Translations under genes and position numbers: made by a program
NCBI GenBank assembly: GCA_026398385.1
Contig: JAPLSZ010000263.1
Span: 1 to 41,154 of the forward strand
Direction of reading: 5' to 3'
From: Kiritimatiellota bacterium
GTDB lineage: Bacteria; Verrucomicrobiota; Kiritimatiellia; CAIQIC01
Length of the DNA: 41,154 nt
The notes under the pieces: model-generated
Databases searched by the model: none
Told to the model about the DNA's origin: nothing
The model's input: the letters and a program-made list of their open reading frames with translations, nothing else
In this document: piece by piece, positions 8,243 to 18,041 of the stretch
How the letters are laid out: each line of letters starts with the position of its first letter
How positions within the stretch are numbered: position 1 is the first letter of the stretch

Positions 8243-10444
8243 ATGATCATTTACGAACACAGCTTGCCGACGATGGCCATCGGGCTGGGCGTGGCCGCCG
8301 CCATGGCCCTCAGCGTGTTCGGTTATGGGCGGTATGTGCAACGCACTCTGCCCATGGCGCTCATGGCCGCCACACGCATCTTTTTCCTGGCCCTGCTGAC
8401 CTGGTGCCTGGTCCTGCCCGGCCAGCGCGAAACCCAGACGCTCAAACACAAACCGCGTTTCGCCGTACTGCTGGACACCTCCCGCAGCATGCTGATGACC
8501 GCGCCCAAGGAAACCACCAATCGCTGGGCCGTGGTCCAGCAGGCGTTGCAGCAACCCTGGGTGGAAGCCCTGGCGCGGGACTGCGATTTGGAATACTACT
8601 CCTTCGCCACGGACCTCGGTAAGAAACTCACCCCGGCCGAAGTCCGGCCGCTGACGCCGGACGGCACGGCCACCCTGTTGCGCGATGTGCTCAAGAAGAC
8701 GGTGAGCCGCTATACGGGGCTGGACGTCACGGGCTGCCTGCTCCTGAGCGATGGCATCGATACACGCGAGGTGTTCTCGGACTGGGCCGCCGAAGCGCGG
8801 CCCTTCCCGATTCACACCCTGGTCCTGGAAGGCGCCGCCGTGTGGGAGCAGGAGCCCGACGTGCGCATCGACACGGTCAACACGCCGCGACGCGTCACGG
8901 TGGGCTGGCAAACCGAGCTCAAGGCCATCATCTCCGGCCAGGGCACCCAGGGCCGGAATATCCCGGTCCAACTCTTCAAGGATGACGTCCTGCAGCAGGA
9001 ACTGCAGACGCAGATCCCCGCCGGCGGCGGCTCCAAGGAAGTCGTTTTCCATCTGGAGCATCCCGTGGCCGGCCTCAAGACCTACCGGGTGTTGGTCCCG
9101 CCCTTCCCCAAGGAGACGCGCACCAACGACAACGAGTTCGCGCTCAGCGTGCTGGTGGTGGACGCGAAGAACCGCCTGCTCTATGTCGAAGGCCCGCCGC
9201 GCTGGGAGTCCAAATATCTGTCCCGCGTGCTGCGGGCCAGCAAGCAAGTCACCCCGGTGATCTTCCTCCGCGGGGCCCAGGGAAAATTCATGACCTTCGG
9301 GGTGCAGGGCGAAGTGGCCCCCGAGATGCGGGAAGCGCAGCTGGCTTTTTTCAAGATGGTGGTGCTGGGCAACCTGGACGGAGAAGAATTGGGCGAAGAG
9401 CGCGCGCGAAATCTCGTGCGTTTCGTGGAAACCGGCGGCAGCCTGGTCCTGCTGGGCGGCAGCAAGGCGTGGAGCGAGAAGGGGTTCGCCCAAACCGCGC
9501 TCAAGAAACTGCTGCCCGCCAAACAGTACAGCAGCAAAGCCGTGGCCGGCGAGTTTCCCATCGCGCTGACGGACATGGGCCGCCTGCATCCGGCCTTTGC
9601 CGGCGACCCCGCATTATGGCAGACCATCCCGCCGGTGCTGTCCCTCTTTCCGAATGTGGCCCCCACCCCGGGGGCGCGGGTGCTGGTGGCCGCCCAGGCG
9701 ACGAACGGCCCGCAGCCGATGATTCTCTCCCAGGATTACGGGCAGGGCAAAGTGGTGGCGATCTTCACCGATTCGCTGTGGCGGTGGCAACTGAGCCCCG
9801 AGACCGCCCGGCACAATCCGTACCAGCGCTTCTGGGACCAGTTGCTCTCCTGGCTTTCGCCCAAGGAGGAGAAAAGCGCGGAAAAGGAATTGGAATCCTT
9901 CGTGGATCGGGAACAGCTTTTCGTGGGCGAGGACGTCGAGATCAGCGCCCGGTGGAGCAGCGCGGCGCAGCCGCCGGCGAACGCCGCGGTCGGCGCGGAA
10001 GTCGTCGGCCCCGACAAACGCCCGTTGCGGTTTGCCATGAACCGGCAGGTCGCGCAAACCTCGGAAGGCCAGGCCATCTCCGTCTTCACCTATAAGTTCA
10101 AGGCCGCACAGGCCGGGCTTTTCGCGGTGGTGGCCGTGAGCGAAATCGGCGGGAAGCAGGTGTCCTCGGATCCGGTTTCCTTCTCGGTCAAGCCTTTTAC
10201 CCCGGAATCCGTTCCGCGCCCCGTCAACAACCAGGTCTTGCAGTCCATTTCCCAGAACAGCGGCGGCCAGTTCTTCGAGTCGGTGGACGCCTTGAATCAG
10301 CACCTGATCGCCCTACACGTGCAACGCATCGAGCAGGAGATTTCCGAATACCATTCCCTGTGGCAACGTGGTATCATCCTGCTGCTATTAATCCTGCTGC
10401 TGGCAGTGGAATGGATCTATCGGAAGCTGAAATTCATGCCCTGA
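8243..10444 (+). CDS. membrane protein with VWA-like (MIDAS) and class-I glutamine-amidotransferase-like folds
   Basis: Two N-terminal TM segments, a MIDAS-like FAVLLDTSRSM, and then LLYVEGPPRWESKYLSRVL...VVLGNLDGEEL...FVETGGSLVLLGG, typical of the BatA-neighbour family. The C-terminal TM segment is ILLLLILLLAVEWIY. Confidence 0.7.
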   Translation: MIIYEHSLPTMAIGLGVAAAMALSVFGYGRYVQRTLPMALMAATRIFFLALLTWCLVLPGQRETQTLKHKPRFAVLLDTSRSMLMTAPKETTNRWAVVQQALQQPWVEALARDCDLEYYSFATDLGKKLTPAEVRPLTPDGTATLLRDVLKKTVSRYTGLDVTGCLLLSDGIDTREVFSDWAAEARPFPIHTLVLEGAAVWEQEPDVRIDTVNTPRRVTVGWQTELKAIISGQGTQGRNIPVQLFKDDVLQQELQTQIPAGGGSKEVVFHLEHPVAGLKTYRVLVPPFPKETRTNDNEFALSVLVVDAKNRLLYVEGPPRWESKYLSRVLRASKQVTPVIFLRGAQGKFMTFGVQGEVAPEMREAQLAFFKMVVLGNLDGEELGEERARNLVRFVETGGSLVLLGGSKAWSEKGFAQTALKKLLPAKQYSSKAVAGEFPIALTDMGRLHPAFAGDPALWQTIPPVLSLFPNVAPTPGARVLVAAQATNGPQPMILSQDYGQGKVVAIFTDSLWRWQLSPETARHNPYQRFWDQLLSWLSPKEEKSAEKELESFVDREQLFVGEDVEISARWSSAAQPPANAAVGAEVVGPDKRPLRFAMNRQVAQTSEGQAISVFTYKFKAAQAGLFAVVAVSEIGGKQVSSDPVSFSVKPFTPESVPRPVNNQVLQSISQNSGGQFFESVDALNQHLIALHVQRIEQEISEYHSLWQRGIILLLLILLLAVEWIYRKLKFMP

Positions 10445-10475
10445 TGAAACCGCCGTCGTCAGAAGGAGCTGTTGT

Positions 10476-13400
10476 ATGCCGCCGGGCGCGTTGATCCGTC
10501 AACTGGAACAGATTGGCCGGTTGCTGAACCGGTGGAGCGCCGAGATCCGCCTGGCGGTCTGGGCGGCCGCGGTGCTGCTGGGTCTGACGGTGTGCGCGTT
10601 GGCGGATCTGTGGGTCCGCTTCGCCTCCGCCGGGCGCATCGCGGCCTGGCTGCTGCTCGTGGTCCTGGTAGCGGTCGCCTTGTGGCGGCTGGCCCGGACG
10701 TTGACCCGCGTGCGGACTCCGGAAGCAGTGGCCGTCCGGGTAGAACAAACCTTCCCGCAGATCGACAACCATCTGATCAATTGCCTGCAGTTCTCCTCCG
10801 ACTCCGGCCAGGATCCGTTCAAAGCAGCCTATGTGCAGATGGCGTTGCCGTATTGGAGCGGCTTGGATTTTCAGGCCATGAAGGATCGGCGGACGCAACA
10901 CCGCTCCCTGATCGCGCTGGCGGCGACCGTTTTTTTTCTGCTCCTCCCCTTCCCCATGGCCGGGCGGGCCTGGACGGTGGCCCTGCTGCGCATCGTGAAC
11001 CCCTTCTCGACCCTGCAACCGGCCTCCCTGACCCATATCCTCGGCGTCACCCCGGGCGACGCCTCGGTGCTGCAGGGCGGTTCCACCTGGCTCACGTGTA
11101 CCGTCCAGGGCAAACGGGGCCACGAGGTGTGGGTAGACATCAAGCCGTCGGATGCCGCGCAGAAAACCTATCGTCTCGGACGGATCAACGGATCCGGCGA
11201 AGAGGTGTTCTCCAACCGCATCTATAAGGCCACCACGGCCCTGCAATACCGGTTCCGCGCCGGAGACGCCCCCGCGCCCCGCTGGTTTACCCTGAGCCTG
11301 CGGCCGCCCCTCGCCTTCACCCGCATCGGTTTGCGGGTGGTGCCGCCGTCCTACACCGGCGCCCGCCCCCAACAATTCGACGGCCAGGCCGCGGTGATCG
11401 ACATCCCCATGGGTTCCCGAGTGGAACTGGCGGTCCACTGCAACGCGCCCTGCGCGACGCTCACCGCCGCCTGCCGGGAAGGCGCCGAGGTGCCCTTAAG
11501 TCCGGCGCGCGAGGCCCTGACCTGGACCGGCGCGCTGCTGGTCAGTAATGGCGCCGCGCTCAAGCTGTCCGCGCTTTCCCGGGACGGCGACAAGACCGAA
11601 GCCGTGGTCGCCTTCAACCTCCTGCCGGATCGGGCGCCGAACATCGAGATCTCCGCGCCCAAGGGCGAGGTCCTCCTCGCGCCCGGCAGCGCGCCCGCCA
11701 TCAGTTTCACGGTGACCGACGACTACGGCCTGGATGAAATCACCGTGCAGCGCGTACCGCCGGCCGGGGCCGCAGACGCGCCCGGCCAGGTGCTGAAGAG
11801 CTACAAGTGGATCACCTCCCGGTCGAAGATCTTTACCGCGACCTGGAAAGGGCCGATCCGAAAACTGAGCGACACGGAGCCGCTGACCCTGCGCCTGGTC
11901 GCCAAGGATCAGGCGCCCGGTACTCCGCATGTCACCCAATCGCCGCTGCTGGTGTTCAAGATGATGGGCCGGGAGCAGGCCGTCCAGCAGCGCTCCGAAC
12001 TGGAAAAGAAGGCGCTCGCCGATTTGAACAGGGTGATTGAGCTCCAGCGCGAAAACATCGCCAAAACCAAGCAGTACCAGGAGCTCCGCCCGCCGCCGGC
12101 GGCGGCGTCCTGGACGGCGATCGGCGGGCGGCAGCAGGAAATCCGCGCGATCACCAAAGCCCTCCTGCTCAAGGGCGCGCGCTGCCTGGGCAACCTGAGC
12201 GACACGGTAAAGAAACTGTATCTCGGGGAAATGGCGGAGGTCATCGTCGTGCTGGAACGCGTCGCCGGCGCGCAGGCCGACGCCCAGCCCGGGCTGATCC
12301 GCCAGGCGCTCCAACTCGAGGAAAAGATTTTCCGGCAGTTGACCTTTGCGGAAGTCGCCATCGCCAAGGCCAGCATCGACTTCCGTCAAAACGCGCTGAT
12401 CGGGATGCTGGACGGTCTGATCAAGAATCAGACCAGGCTGTGGCAGGCCACCACGCAATGCATCGGCCGGGCCACGGCGCCGGCGGGGCTGGTCAAGGAG
12501 CAGGACGGACAGGCCGGGGACGTAACCGAATTCATCAAGGCCTGTCAGGCCGAGTCAGCCGCCGTGCTCGGCGCGGACAAGGCGTTTGCCGGGTTCCTGG
12601 AGCAGGTGGCCGGCCAGTGCCGGGATACGAAAATCCGCGAGGACATGCTGCAGGCCGCCGAACAGCTCGACAAGAGCGGTTTCGCGGAAGCGGCCGTCAA
12701 ACAACGGAGCGCCATCGCCAAGCTCATGGCCGTGCGCAAGCTCTTCGACGACATGGTGGCGGCCGCGGAGAAGGAAAAAAACGAACAGCGGATCGAGGCG
12801 CTCCAGAACGCGAACAAGAAGATCGAGAAAATCAAAGCGCTGGAGAAAAAACTCATCGAGGCGATGGATGCGGTCAAGGACGCCAAGGACAAGGACAACA
12901 AGCAGGCCGATATGATGGAGGAGGATTTCGAGGAAGTGGCGAGGAACGCCGAAAAGGCGCTCCTCGAAGTGCCCGTGGATCTGGATATTTTCGCGGATCT
13001 GAACGTCGGCAACGACCTGGTCGAGGACATCAATTCCACCTTTGAGGAAGTCCGCCAGCAGGCGGGCTCGGAGCAGGCCGCGAACGGGCCGGTGGCGGAA
13101 CTCGCGGTGGCCAAGCGCGAAGCCATGCTGGATGCGATGGAAAAGGCCCAGGATCGGATGGATGAGCTGGAGTATTGGCTCAAGACCTCGCCCGACGGGC
13201 TTAAAATCACCACCGAACCTTTCGATAAGGAGGAGATGCCGAACGGCGTCGCCCTGCCGCCGCTGCTGACGAAGGTGGACGACCTGATCGGCGACCTGCT
13301 GAACGAGTCCAAGGAGAAGCAGGCCCAGGACAAGGACGGCGCCATCAATTCCGCCGTGCCCGACATGGCGCCCGACGGTCCCGTCACGGAAGGCGATGTG

Positions 13401-14063
13401 ACCAGTTTTGCCGCCCAGGGAAAATCGGGCAACGAAACGCCGGATCACAAGGAACAGGACGGCCGGTCGAACGTGGGCCGGGAGGGCATGTCCGACGGCG
13501 AAACCGCCGCGGGCTCCGGCACCCTCAGCAAGGGCGATGAAGACATCCAGGCGCGGCGTACTCAGGATCCGACCCAGAGCGGACAGGTCAATCTGGATGG
13601 CGAGTCCAAGGCCAAGGCCACGGGCGGCGGCAAGCTGGGCACCGGCAAGGCCGACGAATATGGCCAGGGCGGCGGCACCCGGCGCATGGATTCCACAGAA
13701 GCCGGCTCTCTCGAAGCCATGGCGGCGCTGATGGCCAAACAGGCCGACGCCGCCTACGCCCAGGCTTCCCTGAAGGGCGTGAAATCGGATTCATTGAAAG
13801 CGGCAGCCCATCACATGCGCCAGGTGGCGGATATGATTGCCCGGGGCGCGCCCATCGACCAGGTGCTGGAACTGCGGCGCAAGGCGCTGGCAGAACTGAA
13901 GGCCGGCCGTACGGAACTGGAACAGGGGAATACCGACGCCCTCGACACCCAGGTGACCGCCTCGATCCTCAAGGATGTGCTGGAGGCCGGGCCGGACGAT
14001 GCGCCGCCCAAATTCAAGGAACTCGTTTCGGAGTATTACAAGAGGCTGAACGATGCCCTGTAA
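10476..14063 (+). CDS. large membrane-anchored coiled-coil / acidic low-complexity protein (possibly DUF4175-like)
   Basis: 1195-aa ORF with GAAGGAG upstream of the ATG and N-terminal TM hairpins (LAVWAAAVLLGLTVCALADLW; AAWLLLVVLVAVALW). It has a long K/E-rich coiled-coil stretch (EKEKNEQRIEALQNANKKIEKIKALEKKLIEAMD...) and an acidic G/D/E-rich tail. The family name is from memory of similar operons only. Confidence 0.7.
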   Translation: MPPGALIRQLEQIGRLLNRWSAEIRLAVWAAAVLLGLTVCALADLWVRFASAGRIAAWLLLVVLVAVALWRLARTLTRVRTPEAVAVRVEQTFPQIDNHLINCLQFSSDSGQDPFKAAYVQMALPYWSGLDFQAMKDRRTQHRSLIALAATVFFLLLPFPMAGRAWTVALLRIVNPFSTLQPASLTHILGVTPGDASVLQGGSTWLTCTVQGKRGHEVWVDIKPSDAAQKTYRLGRINGSGEEVFSNRIYKATTALQYRFRAGDAPAPRWFTLSLRPPLAFTRIGLRVVPPSYTGARPQQFDGQAAVIDIPMGSRVELAVHCNAPCATLTAACREGAEVPLSPAREALTWTGALLVSNGAALKLSALSRDGDKTEAVVAFNLLPDRAPNIEISAPKGEVLLAPGSAPAISFTVTDDYGLDEITVQRVPPAGAADAPGQVLKSYKWITSRSKIFTATWKGPIRKLSDTEPLTLRLVAKDQAPGTPHVTQSPLLVFKMMGREQAVQQRSELEKKALADLNRVIELQRENIAKTKQYQELRPPPAAASWTAIGGRQQEIRAITKALLLKGARCLGNLSDTVKKLYLGEMAEVIVVLERVAGAQADAQPGLIRQALQLEEKIFRQLTFAEVAIAKASIDFRQNALIGMLDGLIKNQTRLWQATTQCIGRATAPAGLVKEQDGQAGDVTEFIKACQAESAAVLGADKAFAGFLEQVAGQCRDTKIREDMLQAAEQLDKSGFAEAAVKQRSAIAKLMAVRKLFDDMVAAAEKEKNEQRIEALQNANKKIEKIKALEKKLIEAMDAVKDAKDKDNKQADMMEEDFEEVARNAEKALLEVPVDLDIFADLNVGNDLVEDINSTFEEVRQQAGSEQAANGPVAELAVAKREAMLDAMEKAQDRMDELEYWLKTSPDGLKITTEPFDKEEMPNGVALPPLLTKVDDLIGDLLNESKEKQAQDKDGAINSAVPDMAPDGPVTEGDVTSFAAQGKSGNETPDHKEQDGRSNVGREGMSDGETAAGSGTLSKGDEDIQARRTQDPTQSGQVNLDGESKAKATGGGKLGTGKADEYGQGGGTRRMDSTEAGSLEAMAALMAKQADAAYAQASLKGVKSDSLKAAAHHMRQVADMIARGAPIDQVLELRRKALAELKAGRTELEQGNTDALDTQVTASILKDVLEAGPDDAPPKFKELVSEYYKRLNDAL

Positions 14064-14165
14064 ACCGGGCCGGCCCGGCGCCCCGTCGCCGGCATCCGTG
14101 CTACGGGATCGGACCCATGGGACAAGGTCGTTGACCGGTACATGCGCTATGGATCTGGGGCTTAC

Positions 14166-16409
14166 ATGACGGGCAAATTGTGGAAATCGCTCGTGAGGTG
14201 GTGGTGGGCGGCTTGGGCCTGCGCGGCACTCCCAGTCTGGGCCGGAGAGCCGTGGCTGGTCAAGGAGGCGCCCATCCGCTTCACGGTCTCGCTGGAGCGA
14301 TCACCCACCCATCCAAGCGCGGGCTATTTCCTGCACCTGCCCGACGGCGGCATGTTGCCCGGCCCGGCGCCCAACCCCCAGGTTTTCGACCAGAGCGGGA
14401 ACGCCCTGAAGAGTTGCGTGCTCTGGCAGAACCCGGAAAGCGGCCTGGCCGTCGTCTTCGAGGCGCCCCAGAACGGCAACCGCGTCGCCATCTATGTCAC
14501 CCAAGGAATGAAGCTGAACGTATGGACGCCGGAGTCCGGTTTGACGCCCAGTGCGATCATCTGCACGTATCCCGGACACCCGAGCAAGGCCGGCGCCGAC
14601 GCCCTGGCCCGGCTGGGACCGGTGGCGGCGAGTGTGCACTATCGCAACGAATCCGGCAGCCAGGGGGCCACCGTGACTCTGCCGGGCGATCGCTCCGGCC
14701 GCCCCGGCCTGGCCGCCATGTATATGCTGGCCTATGTGGCGACGAAGGATCCGGGCAACACCTGGATCGCGCCGATCACGTTCGGCGGCGCGCTGCAGGT
14801 CAGCGTCGATGGCCGGCCGATTAGCCCGCGCAGGATCAGCGACAAGCAGGGTGGCGTGGGCGCACACGTGGATTTAAGCGCCGGGCTGCACCGTCTGGAG
14901 CTGCTCGGATTCTATGCGGCCAGGGACAGCCGGCCGGAGATGTTGCTCACGTGGCGGACGCCTAAGACGCCGGTTAATGAGCTGGGCGGGCTGCGGCCCT
15001 CGGACCTGCGCTACGCGGGCACGCCCATGTGGGAAACCCGCCAGTTGCACAACGATGAAGTCGTACGCTCCGGCGCGTGTGCGATCCAGAGCATCCAGGC
15101 CCGCGAGGGCGGCCCCGTGGCCAACTTCACCCTGGCGCCCAAACACATCTACTGGTTCGACAACGAATCCCCCCTCCTGCTCTACACGCTGCACGCCGGC
15201 ACGGCGGGCAACCCGGCCGGAACCCAATACACCTGGAGTTTCAGCAGCGATCCTGGAGCCCTCGCCACCGGCACGAACATCGCCTGGCTGTTCGCGGGCG
15301 AGCGGGATCAGCGGGTGACGCTGAAGGTCACGGACGGTACGAAGGCATCGCAATGCACCCTGCCGTTTTACCCTTTCACGACCAGCCGCAGCAGCCTGAA
15401 CGAACCCGCGGTGCGCGCGGATTTCCGGAACGCCTGTCTGGCTCTCTTTCGGGCCTATCCGCTGAACAAGGACCCCACCGCCGCCTGGGACGCCAGTTGG
15501 TGGAACAATTTCTTCCGCACCATGGAGCTGACGCCGGATAACGAATTACTGGTGTACATGGTCGACCAGCGGTGGGACCTGTTCGGCAAGAAGCTGCCCC
15601 TGGACAAAAAGGAACTGCTGGAAGACATGTTCCTGGCCAGCACATCGTTCACCGATCCGCCCAGAGCGCTGAAATGGGCTTTGCAGCTCGAACAAAAGGT
15701 GCAACTCCGGTCGCGCGCCATCGCCTTGCGGCTGAAGGGCGCCGAGGTGCTGATGTATGAACTCAAAAATCTGCCGGAGGCCAGAAAATGGATCAAGCCC
15801 CTGGCGGCGGAGACGGGCGAAGGCGGCGCATGGGCCAAAATTAGAATGGGGGACATCGAGTTCCTCTCCCGGAACCTGAACGAGGCGACGCAGTTGTATG
15901 GCGACGTTCAGAACCTCTCCAAGCACAGCAAGCTGGGCCCGCAGGGCGAGGGGTTCAAGCCGCTGCACCTGAAGGGTTCGTCCATGGCCAGAACCGAGGA
16001 GCAAGCGGCGCCGCCGGTGTCCGCCAACCACGCCGTGCCGCCGCCCGGGATCGCCCCCTGGAAACTTGGCGCCATCCGCGATGTGGCCGCTTCGGAATCG
16101 GTCGAAACCCTGATCGAACAGGGTTTCTATTGGGAAGCCTATCAGGCGCTGCGCGCCTGGGAGCGGGAATTTCCGCTGAGCAAGATTTCGAGCGATTATC
16201 TGCTGCTGGAGGGCAAGCTGTGCCTGCAGTTGGGCGATGTGTCCCGCTGCCGCACCCTGCTCGAGGCCTATTGCGAGCAGGTGGACGCCTCGAACTACCT
16301 GGGCGAAGCCCTGCAGATGATCGTGCGTTGCATGCGGGCGATGAACGAACCCAACGAGGCCGTAGCCAAATTTCAGGAAACAATCAGAAAGCGGATGGCG
16401 CTCCAGTAG
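14166..16409 (+). CDS. secreted protein with PA14-like and PKD-like segments and a helical (TPR-like) C-terminus
   Basis: The ATG at 14166 gives the signal peptide MTGKLWKSLVRWWWAAWACAALPVWAG. The PA14-like stretch is ALQVSVDGRPI...VDLSAGLHRLELLGFYAARDSRPEMLLTWRTP. The PKD-like stretch is QYTWSFSSDPGALATGTNIAWLFAGERDQRVTLKVTDG. Confidence 0.6.
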   Translation: MTGKLWKSLVRWWWAAWACAALPVWAGEPWLVKEAPIRFTVSLERSPTHPSAGYFLHLPDGGMLPGPAPNPQVFDQSGNALKSCVLWQNPESGLAVVFEAPQNGNRVAIYVTQGMKLNVWTPESGLTPSAIICTYPGHPSKAGADALARLGPVAASVHYRNESGSQGATVTLPGDRSGRPGLAAMYMLAYVATKDPGNTWIAPITFGGALQVSVDGRPISPRRISDKQGGVGAHVDLSAGLHRLELLGFYAARDSRPEMLLTWRTPKTPVNELGGLRPSDLRYAGTPMWETRQLHNDEVVRSGACAIQSIQAREGGPVANFTLAPKHIYWFDNESPLLLYTLHAGTAGNPAGTQYTWSFSSDPGALATGTNIAWLFAGERDQRVTLKVTDGTKASQCTLPFYPFTTSRSSLNEPAVRADFRNACLALFRAYPLNKDPTAAWDASWWNNFFRTMELTPDNELLVYMVDQRWDLFGKKLPLDKKELLEDMFLASTSFTDPPRALKWALQLEQKVQLRSRAIALRLKGAEVLMYELKNLPEARKWIKPLAAETGEGGAWAKIRMGDIEFLSRNLNEATQLYGDVQNLSKHSKLGPQGEGFKPLHLKGSSMARTEEQAAPPVSANHAVPPPGIAPWKLGAIRDVAASESVETLIEQGFYWEAYQALRAWEREFPLSKISSDYLLLEGKLCLQLGDVSRCRTLLEAYCEQVDASNYLGEALQMIVRCMRAMNEPNEAVAKFQETIRKRMALQ

Positions 16410-16468
16410 GACGCCGGCCGCCGAACAACAATAAACCGCCCGACCAGGGCGGCGGAGGATGAGGGACC

Positions 16469-17932
16469 ATGGCCAGGATTATATTGACGAAGGGCGAGCA
16501 CGCCGGACGGGAAATAACGCTGTCGGGAACCGAATTGGTCTTGGGCCGGGACCCCCAATGCGGCCTGCCCCTGAACGATACCCAGGTATCCTGGCACCAT
16601 GCGCGGCTGTTTTTCGAACGCGACTTGTGGCACGTCCAGGATCTGCAAAGCGCCAACGGTACCCTGGTCAACCGGGTGGAAATCAAAACCGTGCCGCTGA
16701 ACCAAGACGATGTCGTCGTCCTCGGCGAAACCCAGTTTGTGTTCAAACCCGATCGCACGCCCGCGCCAGCGGCGGCCCCTCAACCGGCGGCGGCCAATCG
16801 ACCCGCGGCGCCGCATCCTGCGGCGACGGCGCCCGCCGTGGCCCCGGCGCCCGCGCCGGAACCCCCCAGCGTGGCCACGCCCGAAGACGTGAAGCTGGTG
16901 GAGCGGATGCGGCAATCCACGGATGCCATCCGCCGCGAAGTGGCCAAAGTCATCATCGGCCAGGAGGAGGTCCTGAACCAAATCCTCATGTGCATCATTG
17001 CCGGCGGGCACGTGCTGCTGATCGGCCTGCCGGGGCTGGCCAAGACGCTCACCGTCAGCACCATCGCCAAGGTGCTGGACATGAAATTCAAACGCATCCA
17101 GTTTACGCCCGATCTGATGCCCTCCGACATCACCGGCACCGAGGTGCTGGAGACGGATCCGGTCACCCAGCAGAAGTCCTTCCGCTTCATGCAGGGGCCG
17201 ATTTTCTGCAATATCCTGCTGGCCGACGAAATCAACCGCACGCCGCCCAAGACGCAGGCCGCCCTGCTGGAGGCCATGCAGGAGAAATGCGTCAGCATCG
17301 GCAAAGACACGCACAAGCTGGACAAACCCTTCTTCGTGCTCGCCACGCAGAATCCCATCGAGCAGGAGGGCACCTATCCCTTGCCCGAGGCGCAGCTCGG
17401 CCGGTTCATGTTCATCGTCGGGGTTGAATATCCCAAACGCGAGGAGGAAGAAACCATCGTGGCCAAAACCACCGTGCAGGCCGTGGCGGAGCCGCGCGTG
17501 GTGCTGGGCAAGGAAGCCGTCATCATGCTCCAGGAGGTGGTGCGGAAGATCCCCGTTTCCCGCCACGTGATCGGCTATGCCATCAACCTGGTACGCGCCA
17601 CGCGGCCGGGCGATCCGGAAGCCCTGGAGTTTGTCAAAAAGTACGTTTCGACGGGCGCCGGTCCCCGCGCCGGCCAATACCTGGTGCTGGCCGCCAAGGC
17701 CCGGGCCGTGCTGGAGGGCCGGATTCACGTGAGCTGCAACGACATCCGGAAGGCCGCCCTGCCGGTGCTGCGGCACCGCATCCTCACCAACTTCACCGCC
17801 GACTCCGAAGGCCTGACCTCCCGCGAAATGGTCGAGCGCCTGCTGACCGAGGTCAAGGAGCCCGGCGAGGCCGCCTACACGCCCGCCGACGCGGCGAAGA
17901 AGACGACCGCCGACAAAAAGAAGAAAGCCTGA
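16469..17932 (+). CDS. FHA domain - MoxR-type AAA+ ATPase fusion
   Basis: GGAGGATGAGGG lies upstream of the ATG. Residues 1-95 are FHA-like (LVLGRDPQCGLPLNDTQVSWHHARLFFERDLWHVQDLQSANGTLVNRV). A Pro/Ala linker follows, then MoxR with Walker A GLPGLAKT, Walker B LLADEINR, and FFVLATQNPIEQEGTYPLPEAQLGRF. Confidence 0.9.
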   Translation: MARIILTKGEHAGREITLSGTELVLGRDPQCGLPLNDTQVSWHHARLFFERDLWHVQDLQSANGTLVNRVEIKTVPLNQDDVVVLGETQFVFKPDRTPAPAAAPQPAAANRPAAPHPAATAPAVAPAPAPEPPSVATPEDVKLVERMRQSTDAIRREVAKVIIGQEEVLNQILMCIIAGGHVLLIGLPGLAKTLTVSTIAKVLDMKFKRIQFTPDLMPSDITGTEVLETDPVTQQKSFRFMQGPIFCNILLADEINRTPPKTQAALLEAMQEKCVSIGKDTHKLDKPFFVLATQNPIEQEGTYPLPEAQLGRFMFIVGVEYPKREEEETIVAKTTVQAVAEPRVVLGKEAVIMLQEVVRKIPVSRHVIGYAINLVRATRPGDPEALEFVKKYVSTGAGPRAGQYLVLAAKARAVLEGRIHVSCNDIRKAALPVLRHRILTNFTADSEGLTSREMVERLLTEVKEPGEAAYTPADAAKKTTADKKKKA

Positions 17933-18041
17933 CGCCGTCGGCGTTCTGGACATACTGCGCAACGTTTTTCGCGAGCGCAGACGTCCAGCGAACCCGGTTG
18001 GGGTTGGGGCAGCGCGAACAAGATCAAACAGGAGTTGTGGC

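Noticed and set aside
4718-9589. Very long antisense ORFs (4718..7186 and 7187..9589 on the minus strand). Similar ones occur at 1474..2769(-), 2936..4381(-), 10434..11438(-), 16373..18304(-), 18024..19913(-), 19950..21197(-), 23234..24673(+), 28385..29257(-), 29554..30930(-), 35818..37377(+) and 39618..40769(+).
   Set aside because: Each lies opposite a gene with clear family motifs. Their translations are Arg/Gly/Ala/Pro/His-rich low-complexity strings with no recognisable domains. This is the expected shadow-ORF effect of high GC content.
14064-14080. The perfect palindrome CCGGGCCGGCCCGG right after the 1195-aa gene stop, as a possible terminator.
   Set aside because: It can form only a 5-bp stem with a 4-nt loop, has no U-tract, and the next gene follows within ~100 nt in the same operon-like array.
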